Shown: positions 9,661 to 21,494 of the stretch, piece after piece
How positions within the stretch are numbered: position 1 is the first letter of the stretch
Layout of the letters: each line of letters begins with the position of its first letter
Source of the DNA: Candidatus Omnitrophota bacterium
GTDB taxonomy: Bacteria > Omnitrophota > Gorgyraeia > 2-02-FULL-51-18
DNA: 59,547 bases
NCBI GenBank assembly: GCA_016197155.1
Contig: JACPWF010000034.1
Span: 1-59,547, forward strand
Direction of reading: 5' to 3'
Notes under the pieces: generated by a model
Told to the model about the DNA's origin: nothing
Databases searched by the model: none
Seen by the model: the letters and a program-made list of their open reading frames with translations, nothing else
Made by a program: the position numbers and the translations under genes

Positions 9661-10578
9661 ATGTCGAGAGCGCTGGCTGTCGAAGCGTTTGCGTCGCCCT
9701 CCAGGCGGCTTCCGGATTGGCTCAGGAAAACTATCGCCGTCGGGCGGGAGGCCGCGCGGACGGACGCGCTTTTGAAGACGCTCGGGCTTCACACGATCTG
9801 CGAGAGCGGGCGTTGTCCGAACCGCGACGAATGTTATTCGCAGAAGACCGCGACATTCATGGTGATGGGTGACGTTTGCACCCGCTCCTGCGGTTTCTGC
9901 TCGGTGTCGACGGGCCGGCCCGATGCGTTGGACGCGGGGGAGCCCGAACGCGTCGCCGAGGCGGCGCGGAGGCTGGGGCTCGAGCACGTGGTCGTGACGT
10001 CCGTCAACCGCGACGACCTTCCCGATGAAGGTGTCTTTCATTTTGTGCGCGTGATCGAAGAATTAAAAAAAATATCGGATGCGATCGTTATTGAAATCCT
10101 CACGCCCGATTTCCGGAGGACACAAACGGACGCTGTTCGCGCGCTGCTGGAGGCGGGGCCGGATATTTTCAATCACAACGTCGAAACGGTGCCGGGCCTT
10201 TACCGGCGCGTGAGGCCGCAGGGGGATTACGAGCGCTCGCTCGGGCTTTTTCGCGCGATCCGGAAACATTCGGGGACGGTTCTCACGAAAAGCGGCCTGA
10301 TGCTCGGACTCGGCGAGACCCGGGACGAGGTCCTCGCGGTTTTGGAGGATTTGCGGAGAGCCGGGTGCGACATTTTGACATTGGGGCAATATTTGCAGTC
10401 GAGTTCGGCGGGACTGCCCGTGGCGGAATACATTCATCCCGAAGTTTTCGAGGGCTGGAAAGCGCGCGCGCGGGAGATGGGATTCACGTGGGTGGAAAGC
10501 GCCCCCTTTGTGAGAAGTTCTTTTCACGCCAAAGAATCATTCAGCCGCTTAAGAGCCGTGTTAAAGGAGAGGAATTAA
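9661..10578 (+). CDS. lipA: lipoyl synthase
   Basis: Two cluster motifs are present: CESGRCPNRDEC and the radical-SAM CTRSCGFCSV. Confidence 0.9.
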   Translation: MSRALAVEAFASPSRRLPDWLRKTIAVGREAARTDALLKTLGLHTICESGRCPNRDECYSQKTATFMVMGDVCTRSCGFCSVSTGRPDALDAGEPERVAEAARRLGLEHVVVTSVNRDDLPDEGVFHFVRVIEELKKISDAIVIEILTPDFRRTQTDAVRALLEAGPDIFNHNVETVPGLYRRVRPQGDYERSLGLFRAIRKHSGTVLTKSGLMLGLGETRDEVLAVLEDLRRAGCDILTLGQYLQSSSAGLPVAEYIHPEVFEGWKARAREMGFTWVESAPFVRSSFHAKESFSRLRAVLKERN

Positions 10579-10579
10579 A

Positions 10580-11764
10580 ATGCAGGAAGCCAACCGTTTA
10601 AAAAGATTGCCGCTTTACCTTTTCACCATCATTGATGAACTGAAAAAACGCGCGCGCGAGCGCGGCGTCGACGTGATCGATTTTGGGATGGGCAGTCCCG
10701 ACAAGCCCGCGCCCGCCCATGTGGTGGAAAAATTGTGCGAGGCCGCACGCGTCACGGAGAATCACCGTTACTCGCGGCCGGACGGGGAAGTGGAGCGCCG
10801 CCTGCGCGAGGCGATCGCGCATTGGTACAAAGGACGCTTTGGCGTGACGCTCGATCCGCAGACCGAAGTCCTGCCGCTCATCGGGTCGAAAGAGGGGATC
10901 GCGCATCTGTCGCTGGCGTATCTGAACAACGACGATATCGCGCTTGTGCCGAGCCCCGCGTACCCCGTTCATTTTAACGGGGTCATCATGGCCGGCGGCA
11001 TTTTGTACAATATTCCCATCACGCCCGAAAAAGGTTTCCTGCCGGACCTGGAATCGATCCCCAAAGAAGTCGTGAAAATGGCCAAGCTCATGTTTCTGAG
11101 CTACCCGCACAATCCGACGGGCGCGGTCTGCGACATCCATTTTTTTGAGCGCGTCGTGAAATGGGCCGAGGGTAAAAATATCATCGTGGCGCACGACCTC
11201 ACGTATTCGGACATCGTGTTTGACGGCTACAAGGCGCCGAGTTTTCTTCAGGTGAAGGGCTCAAGAGAGCTCGGGATTGAATTCCACACCCTTTCCAAAT
11301 CCTACAACATGGCCGGCTGGCGGATCGGGTTCGTCGTCGGCAACGCCCAGATCCTGAAAACCCTTTCCAAGACGAAAAGCTACGTTGACTTCGGCATCTT
11401 CCGCGCCGTTCAGGAGGCCGCGACCGCCGCGCTCGAGGGCCCGCAGGACTGTGTCACGGACATGGTGAAACTTTACAAGGAAAGGCGTGACGCGCTCGTG
11501 GACGGCCTGAACGCCATCGGCTGGAAAACGGCAAAGCCCAAGGCCACGTTCTACGTGTGGACGAAGATTCCGCCGAAATATTCGGCGCTCACGGCTTTGG
11601 AATTTGCGACACTGCTGGTGGACGAAATCGGCGTGGCCGTGGCGCCCGGCACGGGCTTCGGCGATTATGGCGAGGGATGGGTGCGTTTCGCGCTCGTCGA
11701 AGACACCCAAAGGATCAAGGCCGCGATCGGAAAAATAAAAAGACTGCTCGAAGAACCGGCTTAA
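10580..11764 (+). CDS. class I/II aminotransferase (LL-diaminopimelate/alanine aminotransferase-like)
   Basis: LPLYLFTIIDELK...DFGMGSPD...GSKEG...SYPHNPTG...HTLSKSYNMAGWRIGF. Confidence 0.75.
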   Translation: MQEANRLKRLPLYLFTIIDELKKRARERGVDVIDFGMGSPDKPAPAHVVEKLCEAARVTENHRYSRPDGEVERRLREAIAHWYKGRFGVTLDPQTEVLPLIGSKEGIAHLSLAYLNNDDIALVPSPAYPVHFNGVIMAGGILYNIPITPEKGFLPDLESIPKEVVKMAKLMFLSYPHNPTGAVCDIHFFERVVKWAEGKNIIVAHDLTYSDIVFDGYKAPSFLQVKGSRELGIEFHTLSKSYNMAGWRIGFVVGNAQILKTLSKTKSYVDFGIFRAVQEAATAALEGPQDCVTDMVKLYKERRDALVDGLNAIGWKTAKPKATFYVWTKIPPKYSALTALEFATLLVDEIGVAVAPGTGFGDYGEGWVRFALVEDTQRIKAAIGKIKRLLEEPA

Positions 11765-11766
11765 AC

Positions 11767-12864
11767 GTGCGCATTCTCCTCATGTATGTGCATGAGTATT
11801 CAGGACATCATCACGCGGCGTTGGCTTTGGAAAAGGCATTCGTTCAATTAAACCCCCGCGCGGAATGCCGCCTAGTCGACGCGCTTCGCTACACCCACCC
11901 CATTTTGGAAGGCTTCATCCGGCGCGCGTATCTTGAAATTGTCCAAAAAAGGCCCGAGGTTTGGGAATACCTTTACGATAATCCCGCCGTTGTCGGATAC
12001 GTCCGGCGCTTCCGGCGTCTGGTCCGCGAATCTCAGTCGACGAAACTAAAGCGTCTCTTAAATGAATTCAAACCCGACGCCGTTGTTTGCACGCAGGCCT
12101 TTCCCTGCGGGATCGTGTCGGATTATAAGGAAGCGCATGGTTACAGACCGCCGCTTTACGGCGTGCTCACCGATTATTTTCCTCATTCTTACTGGATCCT
12201 CGGCCACGTCACGCGTTATTTCGTGCCCACCGAGGAGGCCGGGGAGCTTCTGCGCAAAAACGGCGTGTTCCGCCACCGCGTTTCCGTGACGGGCATCCCG
12301 GTCGAAGCCTCCGATGCTCCCAAGGACGGCCGTCCGAAAAATAAAACGCCGGTGGTTTTGGTAATGGGGGGCAGCCAGGGGATCGGCCCGATAGAAAAAA
12401 TCGTGACGGCCCTCGACCGCCTGCCGGAAAATTTTACGATCACCGTGACGGCGGGCCGGAATGAAAAATTGTTCGGCGCCTTGCGCGCTTTCGCGGCGTC
12501 GTCGCGGAAGCCCATCCGCGTGCTTCCTTATGTGGAGGGGGCCGAGACGCTGATGCGCGAGGCGGATATTTTAATCTCAAAGCCGGGGGGGCTCACGATC
12601 ACGCAGGCCCTGAACGCCAAACTCCCGACGATTTTTATTGATCCCATTCCGGGGCAGGAGGCCAAAAACGCGTCGTTTTTGCTCGCGCACAGGGCCGCGC
12701 TCGAGGCGAGGTCCGCTTCGGACACGGCCGTTTTGACAAGCCAGCTTCTGCGCTCTCCGGCGAAGGCCCAAATCATGAAAAAAAATATGGCGTTTCTCGC
12801 CAAACCCGACGCCGCGCTTCGCATCGCCCGGAGCATTTTAAAAAGAGGGCCCCTCCGCACGTGA
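11767..12864 (+). CDS. MGDG-synthase/UgtP-like diacylglycerol glycosyltransferase (GT28)
   Basis: GTG start giving VRILLMYVHEYSGHHHAALAL. The C-terminal part has VMGGSQGIGP...SKPGGLTITQAL...PGQE, typical of the GT28 C-terminal domain. Confidence 0.7.
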   Translation: MRILLMYVHEYSGHHHAALALEKAFVQLNPRAECRLVDALRYTHPILEGFIRRAYLEIVQKRPEVWEYLYDNPAVVGYVRRFRRLVRESQSTKLKRLLNEFKPDAVVCTQAFPCGIVSDYKEAHGYRPPLYGVLTDYFPHSYWILGHVTRYFVPTEEAGELLRKNGVFRHRVSVTGIPVEASDAPKDGRPKNKTPVVLVMGGSQGIGPIEKIVTALDRLPENFTITVTAGRNEKLFGALRAFAASSRKPIRVLPYVEGAETLMREADILISKPGGLTITQALNAKLPTIFIDPIPGQEAKNASFLLAHRAALEARSASDTAVLTSQLLRSPAKAQIMKKNMAFLAKPDAALRIARSILKRGPLRT

Positions 12865-13706
12865 AACGTTTTTATTTTTACGCGGTTGCCCGCGCGTTGT
12901 CGCGCGTTCTCCCGAAACCCGCCGCCGCCGCGCTGGCGAAAGGCGCGGCCGCGCTTTACGGGAATTTTTTTTCGAAGGACCTCCCGGCCATCCAAAGCAA
13001 TTTGCGGGCCGTCCTGCCGGCCGGCAGTGACACGCAGAAAGAATCCCGGGCGCTTATCGCCTCTTTTTTTCTCTATTTTGTCGATCTTTTTTACGGCCGG
13101 TCGCTCTCGGCGGAATGGATCGAAAAAAAAGTCCGCATCACCGGCCGGCCATACCTGGACGAGGCGCTCGCGCGAAAAAAAGGCGTGATCCTCGTGTCGG
13201 GGCATGTGGGCAATTGGGAACTGGGCGGGATGGTGCTCGCCGCGCTCGGATACCGCCTGCACGGGATCGCGATCGAGCACGCGGACAAACGCATCGAGCG
13301 GATCTTCCGGGATCGCCGCGCGCGTCACGGCCTCGGGGTGATTCCGCACCATTCTCCGGCCAGGCGCTATTTCGAGGTGTTGAATAAAAACGAGATTTTG
13401 GCGCTCAACGCCGACCGGCTTTTTCGCGGCGAGGGTGTCCCCGCCGATTTTCTGGGGAGGCGCGTCTTTTTTCCGGGCGGTTTCCCGCGGATTGCCGCGT
13501 CGTCGGGCGCCCCGGTAGTCCCCGTGTTTTTTGTGTCGACCCCGGACGGCGGGTATGAGCTGGATATCCAGGAACCGATCCCGCTTTCCACGACCGAAGA
13601 GATGGTTCAAAATTTCGCCTCGCGCCTCGAGAAAAAAATAAAACAGCGCCCGCGCCAGTGGTTTATCTTCGAACCTTTCTGGGAGCCGCCGCGATGGCCG
13701 GTTTGA
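12861..13706 (+). CDS. lysophospholipid/lipid A (LpxL-HtrB family) acyltransferase
   Basis: The acyltransferase catalytic region is VSGHVGNWELGG, in a 281-aa protein. There is a GTGA overlap with the upstream gene. Confidence 0.7.
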   Translation: MKRFYFYAVARALSRVLPKPAAAALAKGAAALYGNFFSKDLPAIQSNLRAVLPAGSDTQKESRALIASFFLYFVDLFYGRSLSAEWIEKKVRITGRPYLDEALARKKGVILVSGHVGNWELGGMVLAALGYRLHGIAIEHADKRIERIFRDRRARHGLGVIPHHSPARRYFEVLNKNEILALNADRLFRGEGVPADFLGRRVFFPGGFPRIAASSGAPVVPVFFVSTPDGGYELDIQEPIPLSTTEEMVQNFASRLEKKIKQRPRQWFIFEPFWEPPRWPV

Positions 13707-14368
13707 CCGAAAAAGACGTTTGCGTTCTCATCCCCGCGTACAACGAAGCGGAAAATATCCGGCGCGTCGCGAAGGCCGCGGAGGATCTGGGTTTTCCGGT
13801 GCTCGTCGTGGATGACGCTTCGACCGACGGCACCGCGGATCGGGTCAGGGATTTAAAGGCGGCGCTTTTGATTTCCGAGGTCAATGAGGGAAAGGGCGCC
13901 GCGCTTCGCCGCGGATTCCGGTGGGTCCTCGAAAGGGATTTTAAGGCGGTGATTCTCATGGACGCCGACGGCCAGCACGATCCGGAGGAGCTTAAAAATT
14001 TTTTACTGGCGCTCAATGAAAGTGATTGTGATATGATCATCGGAGACCGCATGCATCGCCCGGAGAAGATGCCGGCCGTGCGCCGCGCCACGAACCTTTT
14101 TTTATCCGGGCTCATCTCATTCATGGCTCGGCGGCGCGTGCCGGACAGCCAATGCGGTTACCGCGCCCTCCGGCGTGCGGTATTGGAACGCGTCGAGTTA
14201 TCCACGGAGCGTTTTGAGACCGAGTCCGAGATGATTTTGGAGGCGGCGCGGCGGGGATTTCGCATCGGATCCATTCCGATCCGTTCGGTGTACGAGGGAT
14301 CGGCCAGTCAGATCCATCCGGTGCGCGACACGCTTCGTTTTTTTCGTTTTTTGGCCAAACGCGTCTAG
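13694..14368 (+). CDS. family 2 glycosyltransferase (polyprenyl-phosphate sugar synthase-like)
   Basis: [12 protein letters not shown]...[10 protein letters not shown]...DADGQHDP. The start is taken at MAGLTEKD (ATG 13694). Confidence 0.8.
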   Translation: MAGLTEKDVCVLIPAYNEAENIRRVAKAAEDLGFPVLVVDDASTDGTADRVRDLKAALLISEVNEGKGAALRRGFRWVLERDFKAVILMDADGQHDPEELKNFLLALNESDCDMIIGDRMHRPEKMPAVRRATNLFLSGLISFMARRRVPDSQCGYRALRRAVLERVELSTERFETESEMILEAARRGFRIGSIPIRSVYEGSASQIHPVRDTLRFFRFLAKRV

Positions 14369-14397
14369 TGTCAAGCGCAAAAATAAGCGCCAAATAA

Positions 14398-14413
14398 CCA
14401 CAATATATAGTAT
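14398..14413 (+). promoter_or_regulatory. candidate NrdR box
   Basis: CCACAATATATAGTAT matches 14 of 16 positions of my recollection of the NrdR-box consensus acaCwAtATaTwGtgt. It abuts the nrdB -35. No second box was found. Confidence 0.4.
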
Positions 14414-14417
14414 TTTC

Positions 14418-14446
14418 TTGACATCGGCCCCCGGCGGGGCTAAACT
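14418..14446 (+). promoter_or_regulatory. sigma70-type promoter of nrdBA (near-leaderless)
   Basis: TTGACA-17 nt-TAAACT. The nrdB ATG lies 7 nt after the -10 and there is no Shine-Dalgarno. Confidence 0.55.
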
Positions 14447-14453
14447 GAATCTC

Positions 14454-15422
14454 ATGGAAAAAAATAAAGAGCTTCTCCTCGAAGAAAACCGCGACCGCTT
14501 CGTTCTTTTCCCCATCCGGCATGAAGATCTCTGGAAGATGTACAAAAAAGCGGAGGCGAGTTTCTGGACCGCCGAGGAAATCGACCTCTCGCATGACCTG
14601 AAGGACTGGGACAGGCTTTCGGACAACGAGCGCTTTTTCATCACGCGTGTTTTGGCCTTTTTCGCGGCGTCCGACGGCATCGTGAACGAAAATCTGGCCG
14701 TGAATTTCATGCGCGAGGTCCAGCTTCCCGAGGCGCGCTGTTTTTACGGTTTTCAGATCATGATCGAGAACATCCATTCCGAGACCTACTCGCTTCTCAT
14801 CGACACGTACATCAAGGACCCGGCCGAAAAAGACAAGTTGTTCCGCGCGATCGACACGGTGCCCTGCGTGAAAAGAAAAGCGGAGTGGGCGCTCCGGTGG
14901 ATTGGGCAGGGGAGCTTCGCCGAGCGCCTCGTCGCGTTCGCGGCGGTCGAGGGGATTTTTTTCTCCGGCAGTTTTTGCTCGATCTTCTGGCTCAAGAAAC
15001 GCGGCCTCATGCCGGGCCTCAGTTTTTCCAACGAACTCATCTCCCGCGACGAAGGCCTTCACTGCGATTTTGCCTGCCTGTTGTACGGCATGATCCAGGA
15101 TAAACTTTCCGCCGAGGCGATCGACGGGCTGATCGGGAACGCCGTCGAGATTGAAAAAGAATTTGTCGTCGACGCCCTGCCGGTGAGCCTGATCGGCATG
15201 AACGCGAAGATGATGTGCCAGTACATCGAGTTTGTGGCCGACCGCCTGCTCGTGGCGCTGGGATATTCCAAAAAGTACCATGCCATCAATCCCTTTGATT
15301 TCATGGAGTTGATTTCGCTTCAGGGAAAAACGAATTTCTTCGAAAAAAGAGTCGGCGAATACCAAAAAGCCGGCGTCACGAACAAAGAATCCTATTCCTT
15401 CAGTCTCGAAGAAGATTTTTAA
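14454..15422 (+). CDS. nrdB: ribonucleotide reductase class Ia small subunit, eukaryote-like R2
   Basis: [91 protein letters not shown] and the C-terminal FSLEEDF. Confidence 0.9.
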   Translation: MEKNKELLLEENRDRFVLFPIRHEDLWKMYKKAEASFWTAEEIDLSHDLKDWDRLSDNERFFITRVLAFFAASDGIVNENLAVNFMREVQLPEARCFYGFQIMIENIHSETYSLLIDTYIKDPAEKDKLFRAIDTVPCVKRKAEWALRWIGQGSFAERLVAFAAVEGIFFSGSFCSIFWLKKRGLMPGLSFSNELISRDEGLHCDFACLLYGMIQDKLSAEAIDGLIGNAVEIEKEFVVDALPVSLIGMNAKMMCQYIEFVADRLLVALGYSKKYHAINPFDFMELISLQGKTNFFEKRVGEYQKAGVTNKESYSFSLEEDF

Positions 15423-15446
15423 CCCACCTTTAAGAGGGCCTAAACG

Positions 15447-17822
15447 ATGTATGTCCTGAAAAGAGACGGTCGTCGCGAGTCTGTCAAATTTGACAAGATC
15501 ACCGCGCGGATCGAGCGGCTTTCCTATTCTTTAGACCCCACTCATGTCGATCCGGCGGACGTCGCCAAAAAAGTCGTGGAGGGCGTTTATGACGGCGTCA
15601 CGACCTCGGAGCTCGACAATCTCGCGGCCGAGATCGCGGCCTCGCTCACGACCAAGCATCCCGACTACGCGTTACTCGCCTCACGCATCGCGATCTCCAA
15701 CCTTCACAAAAACACGACCAAATCTTTTTCCGCGACGATGCGCGACCTTTATCAGTACATCGACCAGAAAAGCGGCAAAAAAGCGCCGCTCATCGCGGAC
15801 GACGTCTACGCGATCATCGAAAAAAACGCGGAGCTTCTGGACTCGACGATCATTTACGACCGCGATTTTGATTATGATTATTTCGCGTTTAAGACCCTCG
15901 AAAAATCCTATCTTCTCAAAATAAACGGCCGGGTGGTCGAGCGGCCCCAGCACATGCTGATGCGCGTCGCCGTCGGCATTCACAAGGAAGACATCGACGG
16001 GGCGATCGAGACGTACAATCTCATGTCCGAACGCTGGTTCACCCACGCCACTCCCACGCTTTTCAACGCGGCCACGCCCAAGCCCCAGCTCTCGTCGTGT
16101 TTTTTGATCGCCATGAAAGACGACTCGATCGAGGGGATTTACGACACGCTCAAATCCTGCGCGAAGATTTCCCAGTCGGCCGGCGGGATCGGCCTCAGCC
16201 TCCACAACATCCGCGCCACCGGCTCCTACATCCGCGGCACCAACGGCACCTCGAACGGCATCGTGCCGATGCTGAGGGTTTTTAACGACACCGCGCGCTA
16301 CGTGGACCAGGGCGGCGGCAAGCGAAAGGGCTCGTTCGCGGTTTACCTCGAGCCGTGGCACGCCGACGTGTTCGAGTTTCTGGAGCTTAAGAAAAATCAT
16401 GGCAAGGACGAACTGCGCGCGCGCGATCTTTTTTACGCGCTTTGGATCTCCGATCTTTTCATGCGGCGCGTCGAACAGAACGAAAAGTGGTCGCTTTTCT
16501 GTCCGAACGAGGCGCCGGGATTGGCGGAGGCCTGGGGCAAGGATTTTGAAAAACTCTACGAGACCTACGAAAAAGAGGGCCGCGCGCGAAAAACCGTGAA
16601 GGCGCAGGACCTGTGGTTTGCGATTCTCGAATCGCAGATCGAGACCGGCACGCCGTACATTTTATTCAAAGACGCCGCCAACGCCAAATCCAACCAGCAG
16701 AATCTCGGCACGAGCAAAAGCTCCAATCTCTGCACGGAGATCATGGAGTACACCTCGAAAGAGGAGGTCGCCGTCTGTAATCTCGGCTCGCTGTCGCTCC
16801 CGCGTTTTGTGATTGACGGAAAATTTGATCACGGGAAATTGTTTCAAGTCACGCAGGTCATGACGAGGAACCTGGACAAGGTCATCGATGTCAATTATTA
16901 TCCGGTGGAGGAGGCGCGCCGCTCAAACCTGCGCCACCGGCCGATCGGGATCGGCGTGCAGGGACTGGCGGACGCGTTTATCTTGCTCGGCATGCCGTTT
17001 GATTCCGACCAGGCGCGCGCGCTGAACCGGGATATTTTTGAGACGGTTTATTTCGCGGCGATGACGGCCTCGAAGGATCTGGCCAAACTCCGCGGCCCTT
17101 ACGAGACGTTTAAGGGCTCGCCGCTTTCGGCGGGTCTTTTTCAATTTGACCTCTGGGGGGCCATGCCCTCCGCGCGCTGGGATTGGGAAACCCTGCGGCG
17201 GGAGGTAAAGGCCCATGGCGCGCGGAATTCGCTTCTGGTGGCCCCCATGCCGACGGCGTCGACCTCGCAGATTTTGGGGAATAACGAATGTTTCGAGCCG
17301 TACACGTCCAATATTTACACGCGGCGTGTCCTGTCCGGCGAATTTGTCGTGGTCAACAAATACCTTCTCAAGGATCTCGTGAAGCTCGGGATTTGGAACG
17401 CAAAATTGAAAGACAAGATCGTCGCCGATAACGGCTCGATCCAAAACATTCCCGAGATCCCTCAGGCGGTCAAAGATTTGTACAAAACCGTTTGGGAGAT
17501 CAAGCAGAGAATACTCATCGACATGGCCGCCGACCGCGGCCCTTTCATCTGCCAGTCCCAGTCGCTCAATCTTTTCATTCAGGAACCGAATTTCGCGAAG
17601 CTCACCTCGATGCATTTCTATTCCTGGAAGAAGGGCCTGAAAACCGGCATGTATTATCTGCGGACCAAGGCCGCCGCGGATGCCATCAAGTTCACGGTCG
17701 AACGCCAGGCTGAGGCGCCGCTCGAGCCGCTGGTGGCCAAAGAAGAAGCCAAGGACAAGAAAATGAGCGACATCACCTGCTCGCTCGACAATAAGGACGA
17801 TTGTATCGCCTGCGGTAGCTGA
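15447..17822 (+). CDS. nrdA: ribonucleotide reductase class Ia large subunit, eukaryote-like R1
   Basis: 791 aa with an ATP-cone at the N-terminus ([16 protein letters not shown]). Also [38 protein letters not shown] and a C-terminal CxxC tail. Confidence 0.95.
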   Translation: MYVLKRDGRRESVKFDKITARIERLSYSLDPTHVDPADVAKKVVEGVYDGVTTSELDNLAAEIAASLTTKHPDYALLASRIAISNLHKNTTKSFSATMRDLYQYIDQKSGKKAPLIADDVYAIIEKNAELLDSTIIYDRDFDYDYFAFKTLEKSYLLKINGRVVERPQHMLMRVAVGIHKEDIDGAIETYNLMSERWFTHATPTLFNAATPKPQLSSCFLIAMKDDSIEGIYDTLKSCAKISQSAGGIGLSLHNIRATGSYIRGTNGTSNGIVPMLRVFNDTARYVDQGGGKRKGSFAVYLEPWHADVFEFLELKKNHGKDELRARDLFYALWISDLFMRRVEQNEKWSLFCPNEAPGLAEAWGKDFEKLYETYEKEGRARKTVKAQDLWFAILESQIETGTPYILFKDAANAKSNQQNLGTSKSSNLCTEIMEYTSKEEVAVCNLGSLSLPRFVIDGKFDHGKLFQVTQVMTRNLDKVIDVNYYPVEEARRSNLRHRPIGIGVQGLADAFILLGMPFDSDQARALNRDIFETVYFAAMTASKDLAKLRGPYETFKGSPLSAGLFQFDLWGAMPSARWDWETLRREVKAHGARNSLLVAPMPTASTSQILGNNECFEPYTSNIYTRRVLSGEFVVVNKYLLKDLVKLGIWNAKLKDKIVADNGSIQNIPEIPQAVKDLYKTVWEIKQRILIDMAADRGPFICQSQSLNLFIQEPNFAKLTSMHFYSWKKGLKTGMYYLRTKAAADAIKFTVERQAEAPLEPLVAKEEAKDKKMSDITCSLDNKDDCIACGS

Positions 17823-17845
17823 GAAATCAGCCTTAGCCCCTTCTC

Positions 17846-18421
17846 ATGCAAAAGCCCGTCATCGTGTTTCTCGCTTTCTCGCTTGCCGCGCACGGCCTGG
17901 CGGGCGTTTGGCTCGCCGGCGGTTTGAACGCCGAAAAAACCCCCGACCCGGTGGTCATTTCTTACGTCCGGCAGGAAAGGCCGGAGAAGTTGGTTCCGCG
18001 CGCGCGGCCCGAAATAAAACCTCCCGATAAACCGGCCAGGCCCCTCAGTCTGGTGAAAAAATTATCCGTGCCGCAAAGGCCGGTCGACGCGGAAACGCTT
18101 CTGGCCGATCCCGAAAAAAAAGAATTTCTCGCCGGCTATTTTGATTTCATCAAAGAAAAGATCCACGCGGCGTTCGAGACGCGCTACATCCGCGAGCCGC
18201 GCCGCGGCGAGACCGTGACGCTTTGGTTTGTTTTGGGAGAGGCCGGAGACCTTCGCGCGATGGGGGTCGTGGAAAAGGCTTCCGCGCCGAACCCCCGTTT
18301 TCGGGAAATCGCCGAAGACTGCGTGCGCCGCTCGGCCCCTTTTCCGCGTTTCCCCAAAGCGCTCGCCTTCGACAGCATTTCTTTTAAACTCTCGTTTGTT
18401 TTTAATGAGCCGTCGTCCTAA
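17846..18421 (+). CDS. TonB-family C-terminal domain protein
   Basis: N-terminal TM anchor, then a Pro/Lys-rich linker, then a C-terminal segment (TVTLWFVLGEAGDLRAMGVV...) resembling a TonB C-terminal domain. The family assignment is tentative. Confidence 0.5.
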   Translation: MQKPVIVFLAFSLAAHGLAGVWLAGGLNAEKTPDPVVISYVRQERPEKLVPRARPEIKPPDKPARPLSLVKKLSVPQRPVDAETLLADPEKKEFLAGYFDFIKEKIHAAFETRYIREPRRGETVTLWFVLGEAGDLRAMGVVEKASAPNPRFREIAEDCVRRSAPFPRFPKALAFDSISFKLSFVFNEPSS

Positions 18422-20333
18422 AAAAAGACCTGCCTTGCCGCGTCCCGCCGCCGGACGCGCGGCAAGGGGGCCGCTTGTCGGGATTTTATCGGCGGCGTTT
18501 GTCCTTCGGATCGCCTACTGGTTTTTCAGCCAAAAAAGCCCTTTCTACGAGCCGCTTCTGCTCGACCCGGCCTACTACGAGGGCTGGGCCGCGCGGATTT
18601 TACGCGGCGATTTCGTGGGAGAGGGCGTTTTTTACGGCCTGCCGCTTTATCCTTTTTTCCTCGCCGCGCTTTACAAACTTTCCAGCCACGCGCTCGCGGC
18701 CGTAAAGGCCGCGCAGATTTTTCTCGGGCTTCTCAATATTTTTTTCATTTATAAAATTGGCAAAAAAATGGCCGATGAAAAAACGGGGCTTGTGGCCGCC
18801 TCGCTCGCGGCGTTTTACGGGCCTTTCTTTTTTCACGAGGGGATCCTGATCCCCGAGACGCTCGGACTTTTTTTATACACCGTGAGTTTTTACGGTGTTT
18901 GTCTTTTTCTCGAGCGCCCGACCGCGAAGGGGGGCGCGTGGCTGGGTCTGGCGTTCGGCCTGGCGGCCCTCACGAAGGCCGGGATTCTCTTTTTTGTGTC
19001 CGGATTTCTCATTTATTTTTTCATTCGGTTCCTGAAGACCAAAAAAAGCGTCCGGCCCGCGGCGGCTTGCGCGCTCACCTTTCTGCTGGTGCTCGCGCCG
19101 GTGGCCGCGCACAACCGGATCTACGGAAAGGACACGGTTTTACTCACCGCGCACTCGGGATTCAATTTTTACATCGGCAACAATCCCGATGCCGAGGGCG
19201 TTTTTAAGGCGCCGCCGGGCACCGGCACGAACGTCGATTCCCAGCGCGAGGATTCGCGCGCGCTCGCGGAAAAAGCGCTCGGCCGTACGCTCAAGCCCTC
19301 GGAGGTGTCGAAATACTGGTCGGACAAGGCCCGGGATTGGATCGCCGAGAACCCGGGGGCGTTTTTGAAACTGGCTTCCAGAAAACTTGTTTTATTTTTT
19401 GACGCGCGCGAGATATCCGATGTCGATGATTACGCCTTCGGCGCGAAGTTTAATCCGCTCCTCAAATTTCCGTGGCCGAATTTCGCGTGGCTCGGCCCGT
19501 TTTTCCTTTTGGGGATTTTTCTTTCGCGCGGGGCGGCCGTGCGCCACCGGTGGGCCGCCGTTTTTTGGATCGCCGGCTACACGGCCGGTGTTCTTATGTT
19601 TTTCGTCAACGCGCGCTACCGCCTGCCGATCCTCGGCGTGTTTTTTCCGTTCGCGGCCTTGGGGATTCTAAAATTTTATGAAAGCATCCGGGAAAACCGC
19701 TGGGGAGGCGTTTTGGCGCGCGGCGCGGTTCTCGCCGGGGGGATTTTGGTCACGCAGGCGAATCTCGTCGGCACGGATTGGGCGAGGGATTACGTGAACG
19801 CGGGCGACATTTTCGTTAAAAAAGAGGATTTGGAGCAAGCGGTGGAATTCTACCGCGAGGCGCTCAAAGCCGAGCCTCATTCCGCGGTGGCGAATCAGGC
19901 GATGGGGGTGGCGCTCACAAAGATGGGGCGCTCCGAAGAGGCGAGGGATTATTATGAGAAGACCATTGCCGAAGACCCGCTGGACGGCCTGGCCTACAAC
20001 AACCTGGGCCTTTGGCATGACAATCACGGGGACTCCGAAACGGCCGAGAAATATTTTTTGAAGGCGATTGAGCTGAAACCCGCCTCCTACCAGGCGCACA
20101 ACAACCTGGGGATGGTTTACGGAAAGCGCGGCGACAATGAAAAAGCGCTCGCCGAATTTGAGGCCTCGCTCAAAATCAACCCCTCCAACCCCCGCGCCTG
20201 CACGAACCTCGGCCTCATCTATCACCGGATGGGCCGCGAGGCCGACGCCCGCGCGGCCTGGCGGCGGGCGCTTGCGATCGATCCCGATTGGAAGGACGCC
20301 CGCCGCGCGCTCGATCTGAGCGAGTCGGCGTAA
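18405..20333 (+). CDS. ArnT/PMT-family (GT39/GT83-like) membrane glycosyltransferase fused to C-terminal TPR repeats
   Basis: The start is taken at MSRRPKKRP. About 11 or more TM helices with YYEGWA...GLPLYPFFL, followed by five or more TPR units (AxxNLGxxYxxxGxxxxA). Confidence 0.75.
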   Translation: MSRRPKKRPALPRPAAGRAARGPLVGILSAAFVLRIAYWFFSQKSPFYEPLLLDPAYYEGWAARILRGDFVGEGVFYGLPLYPFFLAALYKLSSHALAAVKAAQIFLGLLNIFFIYKIGKKMADEKTGLVAASLAAFYGPFFFHEGILIPETLGLFLYTVSFYGVCLFLERPTAKGGAWLGLAFGLAALTKAGILFFVSGFLIYFFIRFLKTKKSVRPAAACALTFLLVLAPVAAHNRIYGKDTVLLTAHSGFNFYIGNNPDAEGVFKAPPGTGTNVDSQREDSRALAEKALGRTLKPSEVSKYWSDKARDWIAENPGAFLKLASRKLVLFFDAREISDVDDYAFGAKFNPLLKFPWPNFAWLGPFFLLGIFLSRGAAVRHRWAAVFWIAGYTAGVLMFFVNARYRLPILGVFFPFAALGILKFYESIRENRWGGVLARGAVLAGGILVTQANLVGTDWARDYVNAGDIFVKKEDLEQAVEFYREALKAEPHSAVANQAMGVALTKMGRSEEARDYYEKTIAEDPLDGLAYNNLGLWHDNHGDSETAEKYFLKAIELKPASYQAHNNLGMVYGKRGDNEKALAEFEASLKINPSNPRACTNLGLIYHRMGREADARAAWRRALAIDPDWKDARRALDLSESA

Positions 20334-20349
20334 GCGGCCCGTTTAAGCC

Positions 20350-20372
20350 ACCTCCGCGGGGGGTTTTCTTTT
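20350..20372 (+). terminator. possible intrinsic terminator
   Basis: ACCTCCgcgGGGGGT stem followed by TTTCTTTT. It overlaps the gap promoter -35. Confidence 0.4.
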
Positions 20373-20399
20373 GACACCTTTCCTCCCAGCGTCTATAAT
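20371..20399 (+). promoter_or_regulatory. consensus sigma70 promoter of gap-pgk-tpiA-secG
   Basis: Perfect TTGACA-17 nt-TATAAT, about 60 nt upstream of the gap GTG (Shine-Dalgarno ACGGAGGG). Confidence 0.7.
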
Positions 20400-20420
20400 A
20401 ATTTTTTAAATTTCTCTTAA

Positions 20421-21488
<1,068 letters not shown>

Positions 21489-21494
21489 TCATTA

